Shown one piece after another: positions 1-6,925 of a DNA stretch of 11,244 nt. Numbering within the stretch: position 1 is the first letter of the stretch; the number at the start of each line of letters is the position of its first letter. Both the position numbers and the translations under genes were made by a program. The DNA is from Candidatus Hermodarchaeota archaeon (GTDB lineage: Archaea; Asgardarchaeota; Lokiarchaeia; Sigyniarchaeales; SOKP01): positions 1 to 11,244 of the forward strand of contig JBHLLP010000072.1 of the NCBI GenBank assembly GCA_048885525.1, given 5' to 3'. The notes under the pieces are model-generated. The model saw nothing but the letters and a program-made list of their open reading frames with translations, ran no database searches and was not told where the DNA came from.

Positions 1-1
1 A

Positions 2-133
2 AAAATGGTTAGATTTGAAAAAGAATTTGAACCAATTAAATCAAATACAAGGATTTACAAGAAACTTAATAGATTATACATGCCTACTGCTTTAGATATT
101 TATCAAAAAAAGCGTGTTACCGAAGATCTTTAA
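2..133 (+). CDS. 3' end of a gene entering from the left edge; possibly the C-terminus of an FGGY-family carbohydrate kinase
   Basis: Frame open from position 2 to TAA at 131-133: KMVRFEKEFEPIKSNTRIYKKLNRLYMPTALDIYQKKRVTEDL*. The MV-x4-FEP-x3-N-x2-IY-x2-L-x3-Y pattern resembles the terminal strand and helix of FGGY (xylulokinase-like) kinases. A T9 tract follows. Only 43 codons are visible. Confidence 0.5.
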   Translation, partial: KMVRFEKEFEPIKSNTRIYKKLNRLYMPTALDIYQKKRVTEDL

Positions 134-146
134 TTCCTTTTTTTTT
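134..146 (+). terminator. Archaeal oligo-T terminator
   Basis: TTCC followed by T9 (138-146) directly after the TAA at 131-133. Confidence 0.5.
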
Positions 147-196
147 ATTAAAATATTAAGAAAGTGTATCACTTCAGGGTTTAATATATTTTTTTT

Positions 197-224
197 ATAA
201 TATCACGAAAAATCGTGATATTAT
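197..224. repeat. Perfect 12-bp inverted repeat with 4-nt spacer (28-bp palindrome)
   Basis: ATAATATCACGA-AAAA-TCGTGATATTAT; all 12 pairs checked. Preceded by T8 (189-196) and followed by TCTTTTT (225-231); lies between convergent genes. Confidence 0.85.
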
Positions 225-368
225 TCTTTTTGGAAAAATTTCCTTCCATCCAATTTAGGTTAAATGAGACTTATTTGCGTTTGTTTAGTAATGTTAATGG
301 TTTGGGTACTGTAATCAGGATAATAGGGTTCATAATAATGAATTTTCGTCTAAAAAAAGATAAAAAAT

Positions 369-3278
369 TTAGTGGTGATTTCTATTCTTTTTTGTTTTAT
401 TGAGTTGTCGAGTTGAGATTCCTATAACACATCCAGGTACTGCAATACATGCAACAATTAAAGGAATTGCAGCATTAATTTCGCCATCATAGTTTTTAGG
501 TGGTTTTGGAGGTGGAGGTTCAGGTCCTTCTATTGTAAAGCTTGAGTTTCCAATATTAAGAGTTAAATCTCTAACTTGGTCATTAAGAAGAATATCAAAG
601 TAATATTCTCCTGGTTCTGATAAGAAATATTCAAGATAAAATGTACTAGATAAATTAAAGTCTGTACGTGAGAAATCTTTCTGATCATATAGAACTGTAT
701 CTCTATAAATTTTGGTAAATACATTCCCTATAGATAGTGGATATTTGGAATTATTTGCCAAAAGTGAGCCGTTAACCTCAAACATAATTGTTGTAGAAGA
801 ATTGTTTATTTTGAGATTATATTCTAACCCATAAGATGTACCAAACATAATATTGGTTTCTGCTTTTATACGAGCTCCTTCATAGGCTCGAAGAACTCCT
901 TGAATTATTGGAAAATATTCAAATTCCATTGGGATTGGAATATCTTTTACATATGTATTATTATCGATTTTATCAAAAATATATGCACCGGTCTGATTAC
1001 TTTCGAACTTAAAGGTAATGTATGAACCAAAGTCATTTACTATTAAATTATGAAGGGATACTTCCATGTGATTGATTTCTCCTAATTCAATAATATCTGA
1101 ATATTGAGCATTTATTTGAATTGAACTATCCCGAGCCATTTCACAGATCCATAAAAATGCATTTTGATCGATTTTGTTTTTATCCGTATTTAAATAGAAT
1201 TCACTGTATTCTTTACAGAATATAGAATTCACTAAATTTTGAGTAAGTTCAACATTGAAATTTATCCCTAGATTCAAAATCTCAGAAATTTTATAGCAAT
1301 AATACACATTTTTAATATTATTATAATTTAAGGCGGTCATAACATAGTTTCTGATTTTTCCAATATCTTTATTGAATAAATTCAATGCCTTTAAAATATA
1401 AATCATATAATAGGTATTTTGTAAGATAATTTCTACATTTGAAATATATCGTGGAGAAAAATAGAGTATTGTGGAAGTTTCAACGGTATTTCTATCTAGA
1501 TATGTATAGAGAGCATTTACATCAAATCCTAATCCAGTAAAGTTTAATGACAATTGATTTGAAATAATCTCTAAGGATCTTATCGCATAATAAGTATATT
1601 CAAAATACAAGCGTTTACTAATAATTTCAGAAGACCAATAATCGTTATATTTTAATATGGGAGAGAAAGAACCATATATATTATAATAAGACTCATTAAG
1701 GAATTGTGTGGCCACAATATCATTAAGTAGACTCATAATATCAAACTCACCTGCAAAATCGTCTAATTTATAAAGTTTCTCTAAAGAGTTTAGAGCGTGA
1801 TAAGTTGATTCATGGGAATTTAACATTGAAATATCTTCAATATAATTTTTTTGTCCTGTAGTAAAATATTCAATTGGAAACGATCTCATCGCTCCCATTG
1901 AAACACTGGTATCTTGAGTTAATATACTTTGAAAAAATCTTGATATACCAAAATCAGTAAAATCATTATAAGAATATTTGAGCTGTAAATAGGTATTTTG
2001 AATGTCTAAACTAGAAAGTTTATCAAATTTAGCCAAGGATGATACAAATGCATTCATAAATCTACAAGAAGTAAAATCTTCTGAAAGAAGTGCGAATCCT
2101 CCATAAGAAGTATACATTAAAGTGGTGTTTCCTATTTGGTTTATCTCTTCTTGGGAGAATTGAGAAATATTATTACGTAACGCTCGGATAATTTGAAATG
2201 TATCTATTAATTCATGAATCTTATATTTCGTGGATTGATCCCAATTTCCATAAGAATTACGGTTTCCCATAATAAATTCAAAGACTTCATCTTTAGAAAC
2301 AGTGAGATAATTTGTAATTTCCGATAGTTCTAGCCCTAAAGCACTTGCAACTATATTAGTATAATTCATCCCGTCAATTGACATGAGAAAATAATGATAC
2401 TGTGAAGAATACAAATTATCAAGAAATTGATGAAACTCAATATTATTAATGGTATATTCCATTCCTAAAACTTCTAAAGTTTTAATGCTATAGTAAGAGG
2501 ATAATAAGCTTGGCTCAAAAAATGGATTTAGTGTATCAAGAGTTAGATCCTCATCATTTCGAAACCCTCCTTTTATCCCCGGAAAACTTCCAGATATCTG
2601 TAGGTCATTAATAAATTGTATTATTGCATCTTTCTCAATTGAATAACTGCTCCAATCATCCATCAATACTTCTAAAGTTAATACAGCAAAAAATGCATTG
2701 TCAGCAGTAGGAACTTTGAATCCTGCATCCAAATCAGAGTCATATTCTTGTCCTATAAATCCTCCAAGGTATTGACAATCCCAAATAAAATCGATCATCT
2801 CATCCGTATCAATTAGACTTGTACTGTTTAATATGTCTAATGAAAGGACAGCATAGCAATTAACCTCTAATACAGTACTTAAGGGAAAATACGTTAGGGA
2901 AAAGTCTGAATCCAAATATCGATAGGCCAACGTATCCATAAAGCGATTAGTACTGGGATTATAATGAGACATTATATAATCCAATATTTCTGTCTGATTT
3001 ATTTCATGAAGTTTTCCTAGACTTTCAAGAATATAAAGACCATAATATGTAGCTCGTAAGGATGGCTCGTAAATTTGTGGAAAATATCCCAATGTGGTAT
3101 AGTTCTCTATTTTAGTATTAAAAATAGATTTAATGATATCGCTATTACTTAGAGAAGAGAGATTTGGAGATTCTAACTGTGTCTCATAATTATTAAAATG
3201 AGAAAAGGGATGAGCTAAAATACCACTTAAAAGAATTATTACTATACTTCCAACCAATACAGAATATTTAGACTTCAT
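369..3278 (-). CDS. Membrane-anchored cell-surface protein with prenyltransferase/squalene-cyclase-type alpha/alpha repeats (969 aa)
   Basis: N-terminal basic-then-hydrophobic signal segment (MKSKYSVLVGSIVIILLSGILA). Recurring helical motif (PSLRATYYGLYILESLG, PTADNAFFAVLTLEVL, PSLLSSYYSIKTLEVLG, NSHESTYHALNSLEKL, FEYTYYAIRSLEII, LQNTYYMIYILKAL) with Q/R..GGF/GSF/GNW turns. Beta-rich last ~200 aa, PEPPPPKPPK linker, C-terminal TM helix, basic tail TRQLNKTKKNRNHH, many N-x-S/T sequons. Confidence 0.8.
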   Translation of the reverse strand: MKSKYSVLVGSIVIILLSGILAHPFSHFNNYETQLESPNLSSLSNSDIIKSIFNTKIENYTTLGYFPQIYEPSLRATYYGLYILESLGKLHEINQTEILDYIMSHYNPSTNRFMDTLAYRYLDSDFSLTYFPLSTVLEVNCYAVLSLDILNSTSLIDTDEMIDFIWDCQYLGGFIGQEYDSDLDAGFKVPTADNAFFAVLTLEVLMDDWSSYSIEKDAIIQFINDLQISGSFPGIKGGFRNDEDLTLDTLNPFFEPSLLSSYYSIKTLEVLGMEYTINNIEFHQFLDNLYSSQYHYFLMSIDGMNYTNIVASALGLELSEITNYLTVSKDEVFEFIMGNRNSYGNWDQSTKYKIHELIDTFQIIRALRNNISQFSQEEINQIGNTTLMYTSYGGFALLSEDFTSCRFMNAFVSSLAKFDKLSSLDIQNTYLQLKYSYNDFTDFGISRFFQSILTQDTSVSMGAMRSFPIEYFTTGQKNYIEDISMLNSHESTYHALNSLEKLYKLDDFAGEFDIMSLLNDIVATQFLNESYYNIYGSFSPILKYNDYWSSEIISKRLYFEYTYYAIRSLEIISNQLSLNFTGLGFDVNALYTYLDRNTVETSTILYFSPRYISNVEIILQNTYYMIYILKALNLFNKDIGKIRNYVMTALNYNNIKNVYYCYKISEILNLGINFNVELTQNLVNSIFCKEYSEFYLNTDKNKIDQNAFLWICEMARDSSIQINAQYSDIIELGEINHMEVSLHNLIVNDFGSYITFKFESNQTGAYIFDKIDNNTYVKDIPIPMEFEYFPIIQGVLRAYEGARIKAETNIMFGTSYGLEYNLKINNSSTTIMFEVNGSLLANNSKYPLSIGNVFTKIYRDTVLYDQKDFSRTDFNLSSTFYLEYFLSEPGEYYFDILLNDQVRDLTLNIGNSSFTIEGPEPPPPKPPKNYDGEINAAIPLIVACIAVPGCVIGISTRQLNKTKKNRNHH

Positions 3279-3284
3279 TATAAA

Positions 3285-3294
3285 TTACCTAAAG
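3285..3294 (-). promoter_or_regulatory. Shine-Dalgarno-like element CTTTAGGTAA
   Basis: AGGT core; the 10-mer ends 6 nt upstream of the ATG at 3278. The identical 10-mer occurs at 4694-4703 upstream of the TFB-like gene. Confidence 0.4.
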
Positions 3295-3430
3295 TTAACA
3301 TTTACTGGGTTACAACTACTTCTTAACGAACGTTTATAAATAAAAAACAGTGATTAAACACAAATTCAGAAGAAGGAATATAAAAAATTAAATAAAGAAA
3401 ATAAAATTTAGTCAGGGTTTAGACTAACTG

Positions 3431-4681
3431 TCAAGTCTTTATTCCGGGAGGATCTTTTGTAGAGTAATAATAAAATATCTCAAAATTTAGTAACTCGTTA
3501 GATTGAATTTCAGGTCGATTTTCAGATTTAACAACTAAAGGAAAATCGTTTATTTTGAGAGTGACAATTACTGGAGTACTCTTTTGTCCCCTCATGGCAA
3601 AATAATAGTAATCAAAATTATCTTTGGCATTGAAAATATTCGTGGCATTTCCAAGGACTATTTGTCTATAATCCTCTTCTTCTTGAATGGCAGTATCAGC
3701 TTCTCGTTTTTCCAATACTCCTATTTTTTCCATAATCTTTACTAAAATATCGGAGGATCTAATTAAGCTGATAAAACCATGTACTTTAAATTTCTCAAAT
3801 ATTTTTTTCTTAACTTGAGCTTGGATTGTACTCATTCTAATTCCTAAACGATTACAAATCGAACTCACACTAACTTTTTCTTTATATGAACATAATATTG
3901 AAATTGAACTTACTAATCCTGCTACTACATTATCCGTTGTATTTTTAATTCCTTGCCATAACCTATATAAAATCTTTTTTGAAAGATAGTAAAAGGGTAT
4001 CCCTAACTCAAAATGCTCAGATATCTCGAGTATTCTTTGGAGAATATACTCTTGTCTATTACGTTCAGCATAATTTGGTAAGAATCTTTGAAGTTGTAAA
4101 TTGAAATCATTAAACTCCTTTTTTGTAATATTAGAATTTTCAATTAACTCATAAGGATTAATAGAAATATTCCTAAGTTTAAGACAGAAATATATCGTGA
4201 TTGAAACCAACTTCTCTACGCTTCTGTATTTAGAACCTGGCCGAATACGAGCTCTTAATAATTTGAATTTATTTAAAACCATTTCTTTTATATCATCATA
4301 TCCTCCAACTAAATCTAAAGAGTTAAAAATTCTTGAGATTTCAATCCGAGCTTTATCTAGTACTGTTCTTTCACTGTTAGTTATTGAATTATACTTATTT
4401 ATTCTTTGTAATTTGATTGAATGAGGCGAGATTACCCTTTCTCGCCTCGTTCCAATCTGAGTTGTGCCAACACCCCTTGCATATTGGATTATATCTTCAT
4501 TATAAGGTTTATCATACTGCAATTTTTTAATTTCGAGAACGATTCCACATTCTCGACACACATAACCCTCTATAGTATCCACAATATCTGCAGAACCACA
4601 GATATCACATTTAAGATGAGAATAACTATGAGGAAGCGTGCTATTCTGAACTTCATTATAAGTTGCCATTGTTTTGATCAC
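3431..4681 (-). CDS. Divergent transcription initiation factor B (TFB/TFIIB) paralogue with C-terminal extension
   Basis: TFIIB-type Zn ribbon CDICGS-x11-CRECGIV. Two cyclin-fold repeats align by eye to TFB (ERTVLDKARIEISRIFNSLDL; RSVEKLVSITIYFCLK...ITKKEF; TDNVVAGLVSSISIL...SVSSICNRLGIRMSTIQ). No EWR B-reader motif. About 120 extra C-terminal residues. Start is GTG 4681 or in-frame ATG 4669. Confidence 0.8.
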   Translation of the reverse strand: MIKTMATYNEVQNSTLPHSYSHLKCDICGSADIVDTIEGYVCRECGIVLEIKKLQYDKPYNEDIIQYARGVGTTQIGTRRERVISPHSIKLQRINKYNSITNSERTVLDKARIEISRIFNSLDLVGGYDDIKEMVLNKFKLLRARIRPGSKYRSVEKLVSITIYFCLKLRNISINPYELIENSNITKKEFNDFNLQLQRFLPNYAERNRQEYILQRILEISEHFELGIPFYYLSKKILYRLWQGIKNTTDNVVAGLVSSISILCSYKEKVSVSSICNRLGIRMSTIQAQVKKKIFEKFKVHGFISLIRSSDILVKIMEKIGVLEKREADTAIQEEEDYRQIVLGNATNIFNAKDNFDYYYFAMRGQKSTPVIVTLKINDFPLVVKSENRPEIQSNELLNFEIFYYYSTKDPPGIKT

Positions 4682-4723
4682 TATTTTTTTATTTTACCTA
4701 AAGGATATAGGGCAGGAGTTTTG

Positions 4724-4739
4724 CTTTTAAACCTTTTCC
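4724..4739 (-). promoter_or_regulatory. BRE + TATA promoter of the TFB-like gene
   Basis: Minus strand reads GGAAAAGG-TTTAAAAG, a purine-rich BRE directly before a TATA box. This predicts a start site near 4700, just upstream of the SD-like element and start codon. Confidence 0.6.
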
Positions 4740-4842
4740 TCAAAAATTGATCTATGAGAAAAACGCGTCTACTCACAAATTTTGACTAGCAGTTTTTGGA
4801 CTATAACAAAAAATGATCTAATTTTTCTAATTTATCGATCAC

Positions 4843-4856
4843 TGACAAAAATGTCA
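4843..4856. promoter_or_regulatory. Operator-like palindrome TGACA-N4-TGTCA
   Basis: TGACA AAAA TGTCA within the divergent intergenic region. Function is inferred only. Confidence 0.3.
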
Positions 4857-5038
4857 ATCAAGGAAAGTAATACCCGAAATTCTTTGTGCAGAAGCTTTTA
4901 CCCCAGAATCTCAAGGGTTCGATCTTATTAGAGACTTCTATTTCTTCAAGGGCATTTTAGCATACAGTAGAACACTGTGTCAATAAGCTGTTAGAATATA
5001 TTTTTCAATATCTATATACTATCTATTTAAGACTAATG

Positions 5039-5071
5039 TTTAAAAGGAAAACTAATTTTTTCCTTTAAATT
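5039..5071 (+). promoter_or_regulatory. TATA box of the protease operon embedded in an inverted repeat
   Basis: TTT(A)AAAGGAAAA-CTAATT-TTTTCCTTTAAA forms 12 bp with one bulge. TTTAAATT at 5064-5071 starts 29 nt before the ATG at 5093, which fits a leaderless or short-leader transcript. Confidence 0.45.
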
Positions 5072-5092
5072 AGTAAAAAAGAAATAGAAATC

Positions 5093-5833
5093 ATGCTTGA
5101 GGAACCAATAGTATTTTTGGTCATTTTAATTCTTTCTTTACTTGCGAAGAATTTATTGTCTTACAAGTCAAAAGAAAAATTAGGACTTATATATCAAATT
5201 TTGCTACGGTTAGGGTATATTGGAGTAATGGTTCATGAGATTAGCCATTATATTATGAGTTTAGCAGTAGGAAAGATTCCAAAACGCATAGAAATAAAAT
5301 GGAGGGATAAAAGGGGAAATAAAAATCCTCATGGATCCGTCAATGTTACACCCCCTAGTTTCTTACAGGCTATTGTAATTTGTTTAGCACCCCTATATAT
5401 AAGCACTTGGCTCATATTTCTTTCCCTTAATATTATGATAGGTCCTGATTTTAATCCATGGTTAAGAATTATAGCTGGATTTTTATTTATTTCATTGTTC
5501 ATTGGTGCTGCGCCCTCGTACGGAGATTTTCTTTATATAATTGATGCTTTTAAAAAGGCCTCCCTCAATTCTTTTTATCAACTATTTCTAATTTTTATTT
5601 CAGGGCTGATTTTGTGGATGATTTTATGGTATACTCATGTAGTATTCATTTTGGATTTATTTTACTATTTAGCTATTGCGGGGATCTATTTAGTATTAAA
5701 ATTTAGTATTTTTAGTATTTTAACCGTGTCAAATTTGATACTTTCAAGAGATTATAAAAAACCAAGTAAAGCGAAAATAGGGCGGTTCACGCGAAAACAT
5801 TATAAACCAAAAAAGCCTCGGGCTAAGTGGTGA
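5093..5833 (+). CDS. Membrane-embedded zinc metalloprotease, M50/M50B (site-2-protease-like) type (246 aa)
   Basis: HEISH (aa 48-52) inside a hydrophobic helix, HGSV strand, LAP motif, and AAPSYGD (D145) at the end of a later TM helix as likely third Zn ligand. About 6 hydrophobic segments and a very basic C-terminal tail. Confidence 0.7.
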   Translation: MLEEPIVFLVILILSLLAKNLLSYKSKEKLGLIYQILLRLGYIGVMVHEISHYIMSLAVGKIPKRIEIKWRDKRGNKNPHGSVNVTPPSFLQAIVICLAPLYISTWLIFLSLNIMIGPDFNPWLRIIAGFLFISLFIGAAPSYGDFLYIIDAFKKASLNSFYQLFLIFISGLILWMILWYTHVVFILDLFYYLAIAGIYLVLKFSIFSILTVSNLILSRDYKKPSKAKIGRFTRKHYKPKKPRAKW

Positions 5834-5842
5834 TATGAAGAA

Positions 5843-6181
5843 ATGAAAGGATTATGTTATATCGTACTAATATTAGGTTTTTTTATTTTTTATCAACAAA
5901 ACCCCTTATATGCTATCATTATTATTGTTCTCTTTATAGGGTTATATCTCTTTTTTAAGTCTCGTTCTTCCCCGGGGAACAGAACTTTTGGATTTTTGAG
6001 TGGTAAACAGTCTCAATATGATTCTAAAATTGATAATTTAATCACATTGATGATGCTTCAGCAATTAATAAAACCAAGTAATCATAACCACCATTCTCTT
6101 AAAAATAAGAAAGAGAAGGAACGAGAAGACACCATTGAAAAAATAAAGAAAGAAGTACTTGAACTGTTAGAAGAAGATTGA
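5843..6181 (+). CDS. Small membrane protein: N-terminal TM hairpin plus charged soluble tail (112 aa)
   Basis: Two hydrophobic stretches in aa ~4-38. Amphipathic helices IDNLITLMMLQQLI and DTIEKIKKEVLELLEED. SD GGTGAT at 5829-5834 overlaps the upstream stop; 1-nt gap to the next gene. Confidence 0.75.
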   Translation: MKGLCYIVLILGFFIFYQQNPLYAIIIIVLFIGLYLFFKSRSSPGNRTFGFLSGKQSQYDSKIDNLITLMMLQQLIKPSNHNHHSLKNKKEKEREDTIEKIKKEVLELLEED

Positions 6182-6182
6182 A

Positions 6183-6881
6183 ATGCTTTTAGAACATGAA
6201 ATTTTTAAAGGAATCACTAAACTCTTTACATATAACAATATTATTTCTGTTTCTGGTGAATCTGGTACCGGTAAGACAACTCTAGCTCTTTCTTTAGTTG
6301 GAAATTGTTTGAAAGATGGAGAACAATGTATATGGATTCAGGCAAGTGAAATTTTTCCAATCAAAAGACTAGAACATATTTTTAAAAAACATCCCAACAA
6401 ATTGGATTATCTTAGAGACAATATCTATATTATCCCTAAAAATCATGTAATCCATACATATCAAGAACAACACAGTTTAATACAAAATTTACTCATTGAA
6501 TCCTCAATTTTACCACCTAATTTGCGTTTCATTGTAGTAGATAACATTTCTCATCATCTACGGTATCGGATTACTCAAAATGAGGGTATAAAGCATATCT
6601 CAAAGATATTAGATGATTTTTTTGAAGAAGAAATAATGCCCTTGATTTTATTTTGTAAAAGAAATTCCATTGTGTTGATATTTATTCACGAGATGACTTT
6701 TGTTCCGAACTTATCATGTACTAAGCCTTTTTTCTATAAATTATTCGATAGATTGAAGACTATAGATTTCATATTGAATAACGGTTCATATGGCAACAAG
6801 AAAAAAATACGTGTTTTACTAGATGGTGGTGAATGGGAGTTTAGTTATACTATTGAACAAAGAGGGATTATTTTTCACTAA
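6183..6881 (+). CDS. RecA/Rad51-family ATPase-core-only paralogue (RadB/aRadC-like, 232 aa)
   Basis: Walker A GESGTGKT, WIQASEIFPIKRL at the YIDTE..F..ERL position, Walker B FIVVD, C-terminal YTIEQRGI matching F.IT..GI. No N-terminal HhH domain, no FxxA motif, no KHR motif of euryarchaeal RadB. Confidence 0.8.
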   Translation: MLLEHEIFKGITKLFTYNNIISVSGESGTGKTTLALSLVGNCLKDGEQCIWIQASEIFPIKRLEHIFKKHPNKLDYLRDNIYIIPKNHVIHTYQEQHSLIQNLLIESSILPPNLRFIVVDNISHHLRYRITQNEGIKHISKILDDFFEEEIMPLILFCKRNSIVLIFIHEMTFVPNLSCTKPFFYKLFDRLKTIDFILNNGSYGNKKKIRVLLDGGEWEFSYTIEQRGIIFH

Positions 6882-6906
6882 CATTATAATAAGTTAAAAT
6901 TACCCA

Positions 6907-6922
6907 TTTTTTTTTTTAAATA
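6907..6922 (+). terminator. T11 terminator overlapping a possible TATA box
   Basis: T11 at 6907-6917, 25 nt after the stop at 6881, runs into TTTAAATA (6915-6922), which begins 29 nt before the in-frame ATG at 6944. Confidence 0.4.
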
Positions 6923-6925
6923 TAC

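Noticed and set aside
215-403. 62-aa plus-strand ORF
   Set aside because: GTG start lies inside the palindrome, the ORF overlaps the 3' end of the 969-aa gene, and it has no motif; its composition reflects AT-rich intergenic DNA.
3431-3460. C-terminal DPPG of the TFB-like protein as a ribosome-arrest motif regulating the downstream exported protein
   Set aside because: Not an RAPP/RGPP match, and the T-rich 152-bp gap with its own TTTATAAA box suggests separate transcription.
4197-4750. 75-aa and 109-aa plus-strand ORFs
   Set aside because: Antisense shadows of the well-supported TFB-like gene, with no recognisable motifs.
4913-4929. tRNA T-loop-like GGGTTCGATC
   Set aside because: The T stem cannot close (no C61 partner; AAGGG versus TTATT), and no acceptor, D or anticodon arms are present.
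4858-4956. Stop-free minus-strand stretch NALEEIEVSNKIEPLRFWGKSFCTKNFGYYFP
   Set aside because: Immediately preceded by TAA with no convincing start for most of its length; only 32 codons.
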